Below, one piece after another: positions 37,870 through 49,771 of a stretch of 64,000 nt of DNA. The notes under the pieces were generated by a model. It saw only the letters and a list, made by a program, of their open reading frames with translations, did no database searches and was not told the origin of the DNA. The stretch covers positions 1-64,000 of the forward strand of contig NW_021833421.1 of the NCBI RefSeq assembly GCF_006345805.1, in the 5' to 3' direction. Both the position numbers and the translations under genes were made by a program. This stretch comes from Octopus sinensis (lineage: Eukaryota). Position 1 is the first letter of the stretch. Every line of letters begins with the position of its first letter.

Positions 37870-38258
37870 GTTTTAAATTTTGACACAAGGACAGCTATTT
37901 CTTGCGGGGGATGGTGGCAAGTCGATTGCATCTACCCCAGTAATCGACTGATACTTATTTTATCGACCCAGAAAGGATGAAAAGCGAAGTTAGCCTCGGC
38001 GGAAGGGTCCAGTTAGCAATATCAAATACGCGGTGAGCTGGTAGAATCATCAGCACGATGGTCAAAATGCTTACCGGCATTTCGTCCGTCTTTACGTTCT
38101 GAGTTCAAATTCCGCCGAGGTCGACTTTGCCTTTCATCCTTTCGGGGTCGATTAAATAAGTGCCAGTTACACACTGGGGTCGATGTAATCGACTTAATCC
38201 GTTTGTCTGTCCTTGTTTGTCCCTTCTGTGTTTAGCCCCCTGTGGGTAGTAAATAATA
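37870..38258. mobile_element. SINE A2 fragment (-, 37870-38000) and SINE A monomer (+, 38030-38258)
   Basis: Family-A central domain in both orientations. Confidence 0.8.
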
Positions 38259-38394
38259 AGATATCATATTAATGTCAAACACTCATCGTTTTGCTTCTGT
38301 TGTTGCTGCTGCTGCTGCTGATAATGATGACGATGATGATGACGTATATCATTCATGACTGTGGTGAAGAATTTCGCTTTGCTATCGCGCTTTC

Positions 38395-38770
38395 TGATTC
38401 CATTCCTCTGGATTGCGGCCATGCGGGGGCCACCGCCTTGAGGGTTTTAATCGAAAGGATTGATCCCAGAACTTTTAATTAAATGAAACCTGAAACTTTT
38501 TCTATCAGCTCTTTTGCAAAACCGCTAAATTACAGGGGCGCATTCCCGCCCCCAACACTGGTTGTCAAGCTGTGGTAGACCACAAACATAGACACAAAGT
38601 TGCGTGCACACACACTCACAGGCACATGTAAACCTCGGGCTTCTTTCAGATTCCATCCACCAGATCCATTTACAAGGCCTTGGCCAGTCCGAGTCTATAA
38701 TGAAGACACTTGCCCAAGATGCCAGAACCATGTTATTGGGAAGCAATCTTCTTACCACACAGCCACAGAA
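38395..38770 (-). mobile_element. SINE family C, diverged
   Basis: gattgcggccatgc..ggttgtcaagc..agacacttgcccaagatgcc..cttaccacacagccac. Confidence 0.7.
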
Positions 38771-38849
38771 ACATACATATAATATAAATAATCCTCAAAA
38801 AATTAGATCTTGATGGACATTTCATATATGTTATGATAACTACCCGAAT

Positions 38850-39162
38850 GTGGAGGCACATGGCCTAGTGGTTAGAGCAGCGGACTCGCAGTCGAGGGAT
38901 CGCGGGTTCGAATCTCAGACCGGCCGATGTGTGTGTGTTTATGAGCGAAGCACCTAAGCTCCACGCGGCTCCGGCAGAAGGTAATGGCGAACTTCTGCTG
39001 ACCTTTTCGCCACACCTTTCTCTTACTCTTTCCTCCTGCATCTTGCAAGCTCACCTGCGACGGACCGGCGTCCCGTCCAGGTGGGGAACCCATACACCAA
39101 GGAAACCGGGAAACGGCCCTTTTGAGCCAGGCGTGGCTCGAGAAGGAACAAACAACAACAAC
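38850..39162 (+). mobile_element. SINE family D, full-length
   Basis: Perfect 12-bp TSD aactacccgaat (38838-38849, 39163-39174); (AAC)n tail. Confidence 0.93.
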
Positions 39163-39552
39163 AACTACCCGAATACATACTTTCAGCGCTTACAAACACT
39201 TGACGTTGAATTGTACTGGCGGTTAATGTTGTTTCGCACTAAATCATTTCTGACTGAACAGACCTGCAATGAAAAGTATTCCAGCGACCATCTCTTTTAT
39301 TCGGCATAGTGCATCCAGGCCGACACTCTAATCTAATGTCCTTTTCCTTTAAGGTACTTACGTGTAAATTGAAGAGATTTGGTTGTTGTTGTAGCAGGCC
39401 CCATAAGAAACCCAACTCATTGGTCATACAGTTATTTGGTTTGTTATGTCCGCAACGTGTGTCTGTCTATAGACAACGGATATAGTGTAATGACAAAGTG
39501 TGTGTAGTGATAAATTCAGGTTTTAAGCCAATGAGACAAATTTACAAATTGG

Positions 39553-39780
39553 GCCCCGCGCCAAAAGAAGATCCTGCACCAAGAGAGGGTTCCCTGCCAA
39601 GAGAGGGTTCCCTGCCAAGAGAGGGTTCCCTGCCATTAGAGGGTTCCCTGCTAAGAGAGGGTCTCGCGCCAAGAGAGAGTAGCGCGTCAAGAGAGGGTCT
39701 TGCGCAAAGAAAGGGTCGCATGACAAGAGAGGGTTCTGCGCCAAGAGAGGGTTCCGCGCCAAGAGAGGATCCCGTGCACA
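39553..39780. repeat. 18-bp GC-rich minisatellite, ~12 units (consensus ccaagagagggttccctg/gcg)
   Basis: Exact 18-bp phase, no indels seen. Confidence 0.9.
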
Positions 39781-40697
39781 CTCTCGAGTGGAGGACGCAA
39801 TGATGAAATGTTATTATATTATTGTGGCTAAAGTTGAGTATCAATCCCTCAACGCTTTTAGCTGAGACTGGCGTACCTCGCGAAGCATAAAACATCAATC
39901 TTCAGCATTTGTAGAATAGATGACCCCACTGACGATTCTCTAACTGGACCCTGCACTTCCTTGCGCCGGAACATGTTGTATTTCTTGTGTCGCTGGGGTT
40001 TAACTTCATATCATCCCGACCCACTGATTAAAGGTGTTTCAGTTGTGATTATCTGCTCTTTCTTTATGGTATAATGCAATTAAGTCTACATTTAATGGAT
40101 CCCCTCGATATCGACCATAACTAGTCATAGGCTCCATTTTGCTGTATCATGTATCACTGTTCTACGTCTGTTTCAAGCATGTCACTGATGTACACGCAGG
40201 TGGCGAAGAAGGACTCTGATTAACCAAGCTGACTGACTGATTGATTGACCGAACGATTAATGAAACAATAGATTAGCTAATTGACGATTAATGAAACAAT
40301 AGATTAGCTAATTGGTTAAATGGAAAAATAATAATAAAAGAAGTGAAATAGGACCAGTGCATGTGTTCATTATTGGTGTAACGACCCTCCCAAGATACAG
40401 CATTTCGTAATTGTATCTTTATTTCCGGACACCTTACCTATTTCTGTACAGCCAAATTGAAGCAATTTATATTAAAATTGATGTATTGATAGATAAATTG
40501 GATCAATTTATTATTCATTAACTTAGCTGTATTATACTGAACTATTTCCTAAATATTGCCATAAATCTCTGAATTCTTATACCGGAAAGTGAAGACTAAT
40601 AAAAATTTATTCCTGACATTGAGAAGTTACACTTTGAGCTTACCATATTTTCCACTATTGTAAGTCGACGAAATGTATTGTGTAAACATGTATTATT

Positions 40698-41102
40698 TTA
40701 TTCTTTTACTTGTTTCAGTCATTTGACTGCGGTCATGCTGGAGCACCGCCTTTTAGTCGAACGAATCGACCCCGGGACTTATTCTTTCTAAGCCTACTAC
40801 TTATTCTATCGGTTTCTTGTTGCAGGACTGCTAAGTTACGGGGACATAAACACACCAGCATCGGATGTCAAGCGATGTTGGCAGGAGGGGGACAAACACA
40901 GACACACAAACACACACATATATTTATATACATATATACGACGGACTTCTTTCAGTTTCCGTCTATCAAATCCACTCAGAAGGCTTTGGTCGGCCCGAGG
41001 CTTATAGTAGAAGACACTTGCCCAAAGTGCCATGCAGTGGGACTGAACCCGGAACCATGTGGTTGGTAAGTAAGCTACTTACCACACAGCCACTCCTGCG
41101 CC
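40698..41102 (-). mobile_element. SINE family C, full-length
   Basis: Complete head and tail match. Confidence 0.9.
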
Positions 41103-41758
41103 TATGTAATGCAAATATATAACGTAATCACTACCATTTTAAATCCTGCAGAATTTCACCTGGAATTTTACGTTCTCCAAAGTCGTCTTGATGTATAAGT
41201 CGATCTACCTTGTCTGGCTGTAAATTTTTGTCCGGAAATGCAACTTGGATGTCAGAAAATACGGAAAAAAACTCCCAAAACAATGAAAATATATTGTAAA
41301 ACAATTTTGCTTGTATAAAGTTTCCTAGCGGTTCGTAGGCACCCTAGCTTTCCGTCTATTATTAAAGCATAAAAGCAAAAGTAAAATCATTTCTACATTG
41401 ATAGGAAAGAAAGTATGTGATAAGAAAAGCCATAGGGGTGTAGACCACAAATGAGATTCATCCCCCGCTGTGCGTATATTTGCGTTTATTTGAGCCATTA
41501 CTCGAGCTGGTGTCAAACTTTCATCCTTAAGCATATATCAAATCCTTATATTCTACGGATTCTAAATTCAAACTGGCCAGATCGGGCCTCTCACAATGTC
41601 ATTCTAAAAACAAACTATCATACCGTCAAAATCCCAAAGGTACAAGAAAACACGTTTATTTCAAGACAATGTGAATAAATAAGAATTACATTTTGCAGAA
41701 TAATGGAAAGATAAAAGGTTAAAGAAACTGAGTAAAGAGCTTTACAATAAAACTTCAT

Positions 41759-42184
41759 GGATCTTTTCGGTTTGACCGGCAGTTTTTTAAAATAATTTCC
41801 ACGTAACTAAACACTTTTAAACTTCGTATACTGGTAGAATGTGTTTATAAAACATCTTTTTCTCTTGGCTTTATTGAGAAAATTCTATAGTTTGTAAGAT
41901 ATTTGTTGTTGTTTTTCTTCAATTTCTGCAATTTCAACCAATCAATGACGTCTACTGAGGTAAAAATACATTGTGCCGTATGAATATGTCCCTCGTTTAA
42001 GAAACAGATTGGGTTTATTTACATTTGTGAAGAAAAAAAGATACCCTTCCCCCACCCCTAACCCTAACCCTAACTAACCCTAAAACAGATTGAAATGCAA
42101 TAGATTGATACTAGGGTCATAATTATGGGTGACAATTTCATATGACACCGCTAGAAAAAGCTGCCGTTCAAACCGAAAAGATCC
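41759..42184 (+). mobile_element. Telomeric-repeat-bearing TIR element, second copy, 426 bp
   Basis: GGATCTTTTCGG...CCGAAAAGATCC termini; perfect 8-bp TSD aacttcat (41751-41758, 42185-42192). Confidence 0.92.
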
Positions 42185-42319
42185 AACTTCATTGCTTTTT
42201 GGACTTTAAAAACAAGTTCTAACTTTACAGTACCTCAAGCTGACCATTAATAGAGTAGTTGAAACAGTGTTCTGATGTCTTTGGGAGAACTGAGATATGG
42301 ATATTGATTTTAAATTTTA

Positions 42320-42874
42320 GCACAAAGCCAGAATTTTTTTTACATCGACCCCCCCACCCCCCCAGTGTCCAACTGGTACCTTATTCCATCAATTCTGAAA
42401 GGATGAAAGGCAAAGTCGACCTCGGTGGAATTTGAATTCAGAACGTAGAGGCGGTTGAAATGCCGCTTAGCACTTCGCCCGGGGTGCTAACGATTCTTAT
42501 TTCTTTATTGCCCACAAGGGGCTAAACACAGAAGGGACAAACAAGAACAAACAAAGGGGTTAAGTCGATTATATCAAACCCAGTGCGAAAGGATGAAAGG
42601 CAAAGTCGACCTCGGTGGAATTTGCACTCAGACAAAATACCTATTTCTTTATTACCAACAAGGGGCTAAACATAGAGGGGACAAATAAGGACAGACATAG
42701 GTATTAAGTCGATTATATCGACCCCAGTGCGTAACTGGTACTTAATTTATCGACCTCGAAAGGATGAAAGGCAAAGTCGACCTCGGCGGAATTTGAACTC
42801 AGAATGTAACAGCAGACGAAATACGGCTACGCATTTCGCCCGGCGTGCTAACGATTCTGCCAGCTCGCCGCCTT
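42320..42874 (-). mobile_element. SINE family A tandem array (3 units, one internally deleted)
   Basis: Junctions at 42641/2 (ggtattt site) and ~42497 (agaatcgttag site). Confidence 0.85.
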
Positions 42875-43192
42875 AATCTAATAAATAAATTATTAAATGG
42901 TCTATTGAATCAAAACAGCCAGAGAAAGCTCTTATCTACTCAACTAGGTCCACTATAGTTTAACTATAAAACTAAACCCACTGTAACTTTATACAGTCAA
43001 ATATAGATTCAATGTATTTCAACTGCTAAACGACTGGCTTCTGCAAAGTCTTCATACACAAAATTCTATTCGCAAAACGTTTGGTGAGACTCAGTCTTTT
43101 GTAAAAATAAATAAATAAATAATAACGTGCAATGGAGAGGGATTGAACCCCGAAACAGTTGCGAGACGAAATCCTTCACCCACAACCATAAA

Positions 43193-43194
<2 letters not shown>

Positions 43195-43272
<78 letters not shown>

Positions 43273-43315
43273 ATACGTACATACACATACATACATACAT
43301 ACATACATACATACA

Positions 43316-43345
<30 letters not shown>
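43195..43345. repeat. (GT)n followed by (ACAT)n
   Basis: Direct reading. Confidence 0.95.
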
Positions 43346-43346
<1 letters not shown>

Positions 43347-43348
<2 letters not shown>

Positions 43349-43532
43349 GATAGATCGCTAGCCACTACACATTCTTTATTTTCTCTCCTTGCTTCTCTCT
43401 ATGTTCCTTTCTGTGGAAGAGCGTAGGCTCGAAACGTTAAAGACTGTTTCACTTCCCAAGCCTTATACTAATACATCTGTTTGCTGTCTACACCACCTGT
43501 GTTCGTCTTTTTTTTGTGAATTCTCCCTATAT
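43347..43532 (+). mobile_element. Family H copy (motif 43406-43443)
   Basis: ccttt-CTGTGGA-A-gagc gtag gctc-GAAAC-GTT-aaaga; ends ctccc-(TA)n. Confidence 0.7.
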
Positions 43533-44014
43533 ATATATAAATACAAACTGGGACAAGAACGCAAAACATTTAGAAGACGATACAAAAAACACGGACGGGA
43601 CATTCGAAGCCTTCAATCTTCAGTCAAGAACCGGATCATCCTCGCAATTTCGGCTGATATATATATATATATATAGCGCAACACCAAATTTGAATGTAAT
43701 TTCAAATAAAAATTCCCCATAACATCTCTCCATCGCAATCTGCCATATAATCTGTTTATCAGTAAAGGGAGGTCAGCTTCCCTAGAAAATTTTAACCTAA
43801 CAAAGATTGTGCAAAGCCAGGATGAACCCAAATGTTCCACAGTCAGATGATGGCTCAACTAGTCGAAACTTCGAAGTCCCTGTCTGTACTATTCTTGTTA
43901 AAGAACAATGAATTTGTAACCTGCCAAAATTATTCAGCAGTCCTTCAGTTTAAGGTAAAATTGCTTTTATTATAACTTCACATAAAACAAACATCAATAT
44001 ATAATTTTCTCATT

Positions 44015-44045
<31 letters not shown>

Positions 44046-44230
44046 CCATGATCATCATCATCAACATTATCTAATATTAGGCTACCTTACATCTAGTGAT
44101 TTATAAAAGCTAGAACATGCGATGTCACTCAGATTGGGACAAAAAGATAAACTATAAGACCAGTCACTTCACACAATCCATAACCTGCAGTTGGTCGGAC
44201 TAACTGAAAGGCTGAACATGGCTGAGAGAA

Positions 44231-44273
<43 letters not shown>

Positions 44274-44539
44274 ATGTATGTATGTATGTGTGTGTGTGTG
44301 TGTGTATCTAATGCCCCAGCATGACCGCAGTCCAGTGACTGGATAAAAGTAAAGGCTTAAAAGATATATGTCATATCTACTAATCGCTGACCTGTTCACC
44401 ACACTTGACCTCACTCTAGGATGTCTGAACACCAGCCGACATATTTCCATGGGTCACATAGACAAATGAGGCAACACCACACGGCATGGAATGAGTCAGA
44501 ATTGTAGTCTATACCCATCTATTCTTGGTCACGGTGTGT

Positions 44540-44621
<82 letters not shown>

Positions 44622-44626
44622 GTCTA

Positions 44627-44666
<40 letters not shown>

Positions 44667-44681
44667 CCTTTCTGTCTGTCT

Positions 44682-44731
<50 letters not shown>

Positions 44732-44771
44732 GTCTGTCTGTCTGTCTGTCTGTCTACCTTTCTGTCTGTCT

Positions 44772-44869
<98 letters not shown>

Positions 44870-44902
44870 CCTGTCTGTCTGTCTACCTTTCTGTCTGTCT
44901 TT

Positions 44903-44989
<87 letters not shown>

Positions 44990-44990
44990 G
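44540..44990. repeat. (TCTA)n/(TCTG)n compound microsatellite with repeated cctttctgtctgtcttt anchor
   Basis: Direct reading; anchor at ~44667, ~44757, ~44886. Confidence 0.95.
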
Positions 44991-45018
44991 ATAAATAGAC
45001 AGGCAGGCAGACAGGCAG

Positions 45019-45045
<27 letters not shown>

Positions 45046-45050
<5 letters not shown>

Positions 45051-45212
45051 GATCAAAATAAAAATAAAAATAAAACATGAGGCGAAGGATTCAGCGGTAC
45101 ATATGTTTCGGGCCTTTATTAGACAGATTCATAAACAATCATAATGTATGTCTGTGGCCTCCGCTGAATCCTTCGCCTCATGTTTTATTTTTATTTTTAT
45201 TTTGATCAATTT
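45046..45212. repeat. Perfect 52-bp inverted repeat (45046-45097 / 45161-45212), 63-bp spacer
   Basis: aaattgatcaaaataaaaataaaaataaaacatgaggcgaaggattcagcgg and its exact reverse complement. Confidence 0.93.
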
Positions 45213-45254
45213 ACTCCACCACCTACACCACCAAACGGTATACACAGGTGCTTA

Positions 45255-45378
<124 letters not shown>

Positions 45379-46069
45379 ATGGATGGATGGATGGATGGAT
45401 AGATACATTAGCTGATGCGTTAGCTTGCTAGCTAGGTAGCTACCTATCTATCAATCTAGCAATTTAACTTGCTAGCTAGATTAAAATATTTAAGTGTATA
45501 AGCGTGTATGTATAGATGCGTGTTTTTACGTCTAATTGTGCGTATGTGCGCCTGCTTAATTCTCTAGACAAATATATGCGAATATATTTCTGCTATTTAT
45601 TGTGTAAGTCTGTTAACACGACAAAACAATGTGATCAGGGGGCGAAAAAGAAACGCCTCTCTTTTTCATTTTTATTATTTGATACTGATTAAGTAACATT
45701 GGAATGGGGAAGAAGAAACGAGCAGAACATTGTTTGTTGGCCTGGAAATTTAAGTTTAGTAGAAAAATTAGCGATACACAGAAGGAAGGGAATGATAAAA
45801 AACGACAGTGATGTTTGCAGACGATAACTGCGTGAGTGTAAAAGTAGGTCGGTAGGTGGTCGCTTATATACACACACACATACACGGGATCTGTGTGCAT
45901 GTATGTATGTGTATATGTATATATGTATGTATGTATGCTTTTATATATGTACACCTACACACGCATATATATATATATATATATGCGCATACAAACACAC
46001 ACACATATATATACACACCCATATTATACATACATATGCATATAGATAGATAGATACATACATATATAT

Positions 46070-46112
<43 letters not shown>

Positions 46113-46667
46113 CACGCTCGCACGCACACACACATACAAACACGCGCAGACACAGACATATATATATATATACACCCGATGCATATAGATACATACATTT
46201 ATAATATATATATATATATATAGACGCGCACGCACACACACATACAAACACACGCAGACACACACATATGCACAAATATAGATTGTGTACTATGATATAC
46301 ATTTGTTATTATAGTAAGGGGAAAAGGCAAAAGAGAGAAAAACAAGGTGGGAGACAGAAGGAGCGGGGTGTGGGGAAAGAAATTATAGCGGGGACGTAGA
46401 CAGAAAGGGATAGGGAAAAGCAGAAAGAATTAGTTTGAATGGCGTCGGGTGGTGAGATTGAGGGGAAAATGAACGGATTAGGAAGAAGAGAATGAATGAG
46501 AATAAGAATGAATTTAAGAATCTAATAAGTTTTTTCACGAATGACTAGAATCTATTGGATCTTCCTCGGGATTTTAGCATCAAGTTGGTGACAGACGACT
46601 TTCTCAGACGATTTTTGCTCTTTCGCAAGCTGCCCTTTTTACCACAAAAGGAAGTGAATTCGATACT

Positions 46668-46900
46668 TTAACTCTTTAACATTCAGATTCCTCAATGAAA
46701 TATAATCCTTATTCATTCCCATTGTTTTCAGTTAATCTTGCATTCTCTCATAACTTCGAGTTTTCCAACGATGTGATTCTTTATTTCTAGAACGACATTG
46801 TAGGATAGGTGTGAGAGGTTGGACCCGACTAGTTTGAACATAAAAAGAAGTTAGAATATATGGGCTGGATTTGGCCTTTTTTAAATGCTAAAGAGTTAAG
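46668..46900. mobile_element. piggyBac-type MITE with TTAA TSDs
   Basis: TTAA-ctctttaacatt ... aatgctaaaagag-TTAA. Confidence 0.75.
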
Positions 46901-47294
46901 CCAACGAAGCATCCATCAATTTTATAGTGTTCCCGCTGCTTATAGTGTAGAATTGATTTCGTGGCTCAGCTCCCGGCGAAAACTGTTTGTTTACAGTTGT
47001 GACCGTTTTAGTATTTATAAAGGGAATGCGTTTTTTAATATATCCTTTCCGTGTAATTATTCTGTTGCAATTTTCCATTCAGCGATACAACATTCATGCT
47101 ATATTTTGTTGTCTAGCTCTAGGACAGCAGTGATTAAGCAGACCAAAAATCGAGCAGACCCAAGATCAAAGAAGTTCCAGTCGTGACCATTCCGTCTTTT
47201 TTGTATACCAAGAGGCTGTATTGATCTAATGTATTCTTTAAGACTGTGGGATTTGATTTGTGGGAATAAATATGTTTCTTTATTACCCACAAGG

Positions 47295-47500
47295 GGCTAA
47301 ACATAGAGGGGACAAACAAGGACTGACAAAAGGATTAAGTCGATTACATCGACCCCAGTGAGTAACTGGCACTTAATTTATCGACCCCGAAAGGATGAAA
47401 GGCAAAGTCGACCTCGGCGGAATTTGAACTCAGAACGTAACGGCAGACGAAATACGGCTACGCATTTCGCCCGGCGTGCTAACGGTTCTGCCAGCTCGCC
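47295..47500 (-). mobile_element. SINE family A monomer
   Basis: Near-consensus match. Confidence 0.92.
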
Positions 47501-47844
47501 AGAGAGGTCGAGATAGGAGGAGTAACGTAGGTGGGAGAGGAGTGGCATTCTGGGTCTTCTGTATAGGCCTGTATAAGATTATAACTTTGGTGACGGGGGA
47601 ACGGCAAACCCAAGGGCTCCGCTTGGTGGCACGCATTTTTCCACGCTACTGCGTAGAAGCTATCTCTCTCGTTAGTTCGTTAAGTGTGTAATTCTTTATT
47701 CCACTTCTGGGGTATTTCTTCAACAGCTAAATGGACTAACTTAAGTATCTTTTCAGACACCCGAGTGACTGTGACACAACGCGAACTGTAAACTCTTCGT
47801 CTACATATACGGCTTCCTATCTGCTCAGCCACTTATGGATCAAG

Positions 47845-47847
<3 letters not shown>

Positions 47848-47888
<41 letters not shown>

Positions 47889-47954
47889 TGTGAAAAAAGA
47901 AATAAGGGAAACAAAGAGAGCAAAGAGAGAGAGAGAGAGCGAGAGAGAGAGAGA

Positions 47955-47999
<45 letters not shown>

Positions 48000-48215
48000 C
48001 GAGAGAGAGAGCGAGAGAGAGAGAGAGTGTGAGAGAGAGAGAACGTGAGAGAGGGAGAGAGCGAGAGCGAGAGAGAGAGTGTGTGTGTGAGAGAGCGGGA
48101 GAGAGAGAGCGAGAGAGAGAGTGTGTGTGAGAGAGAGAGAACGAGAGAGAGGGAGAGAGAGAGGTTGTGAAAAAAGAAATAAGGGAAACAAAGAGAGCAA
48201 GAGAGAGAGAGAGAA
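47848..48215. repeat. (GA)n-rich mosaic with duplicated 40-bp anchor gaggttgtgaaaaaagaaataagggaaacaaagagagcaa
   Basis: Anchor at ~47884 and ~48162. Confidence 0.9.
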
Positions 48216-49569
48216 GGTGAGGTGTGTAGTGGATGGAAAAAGATTAATAGAAGATGAAAAGAGTGTGACACACAGGAGAATGTAATTTTCAAGATGTGAG
48301 CAAAATACGGGAGAGCAGCAGAGAATTGGATATATTAAATTTGAGTAAATTATTGGCATTTATTTCATTGATTAAAATGGGGGAAAAAAAGGGGACTTAG
48401 ATGATAAATAATATGGCAATAAACTTATAGACGAAAAATGAAGATTCACCCTATTTTCATCCGCCTCGTGTCTCCTTCTTTAACGTTTGCTACACGTCCA
48501 TTATTTTTTAATCGTCTGCTTCGCATCAACTTTTTTTTAAATATCGTCTGTTACATGCCCATTTATCATCGTCTGCTAGATCTTTATCGAGGAGAGTGAA
48601 AACAAGGGGAGAGTGAATGAGGTGGTTGGGGAGAGCAAGAAAGAATAAGAGAAAGAGATAGAGGTGGAGAAGGAGAAGAAGGAAATATGGGAGTGACAAG
48701 TAAAGCAAATTGAGAAAATAATTACCTCCGCGAGATCGGGTATCTTCGGGTATCTATTCGCCAGTCATCGATAACAAGCAGTGGGAGGTATAATTTATTT
48801 TGTAATGATTTGGGAATCTATGGCAAAATTATTCAGTTTCCAGACAATTGTTAAAAATCAGGAGGTGTCCTATGAGAAAAGCCAGCAATGCTCAATCTAT
48901 TACAACTTCGCAATAACGATGTAACTTCGACTTTCTGTGGTTAACATTATGGGAATGTTGATGCATTCAATACCTTCCAGTCTACAAATTACTTGAGATT
49001 GGTCTCATGTCTGAAGACTTGTTATATATATGAACGTAAGAAAAAAAGAAAAAAACCCAGAAAAAATGGAGAAAAATAACTCATTTGCCACGCTCACGCT
49101 TGCGCGCGTATGTACGACTGTGCCACGGCGTACAAACACAAAGATCACATACGTACATATTAGTGCCACACGGGTGTAAACGTGATTAAGCGAAAAAATT
49201 CTCAATAGGGGAAGTAGAACAGAATAATATAATAAAGGCTATTAGTTACTTGATGAGGCGGGAATATGCAACTTAAATAACAAACCACTCATTTTCATAT
49301 ATATAAGTAAATAAATGGAGTTGAACGAAGATGTTATTAAAATTCTTTTACTTTCGACATATGTTTCGAAGACCACATTGGTTTCATTCCAAAGGAATAA
49401 ACGGTGTAAAATTACGGCACATTAACCTGGAGTTTCTACCTTTGAATAGGTCGCTTCATCCGTGTTACTTGCGAGAATTTTGCTAGCCTGGTAACTGTTT
49501 ATTGAATTTTCCATGTTAATGGTTAACAAAGGATAATTCATTCATCCATTTATATATATATATATATAT

Positions 49570-49770
49570 ATCTTTTACTTGTTTCAGTCATTTGACTGCG
49601 GCTATGCTGGAGCACCGCCTTAAAGAGTTTTAGTCGAAGAAATCGACCCCAGGACTTATTCTTTGTAAGCCTAGTACTTATTCTATCGGTCTCGCCGAAC
49701 CGCTAAATTACAGAGACACGCCAGTATCGGTTGTCAAGTGATGGCGGGGAGGGTACAAACAGACACACAC
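49570..49770 (-). mobile_element. SINE family C 3' half
   Basis: Tail through to the internal microsatellite. Confidence 0.85.
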
Positions 49771-49771
49771 A

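Noticed and set aside
38850-38925. tRNA-like cloverleaf heads (also 349, 2313, 24781, 28060, 50900, 61891)
   Set aside because: They have A/B boxes, but acceptor and anticodon stems do not close and each continues into a SINE body, often with TSDs. SINE heads, not tRNA genes.
39553-39780. CRISPR-like regular array
   Set aside because: Units are contiguous with no unique spacers; eukaryotic context; no cas genes.
40253-40314. Perfect 31-bp tandem duplication
   Set aside because: Real, but an ordinary slippage product with no further structure.
46530-46640. Minus-strand KGSLRKSKNRLRKSSVTNL...* as a terminal exon
   Set aside because: No convincing acceptor and no recognisable homology.
48830-48990. 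Minus-strand IMLTTESRSYIVIAK resembling a GPCR TM3 end
   Set aside because: In-frame stops adjacent, no splice boundaries, similarity too weak.
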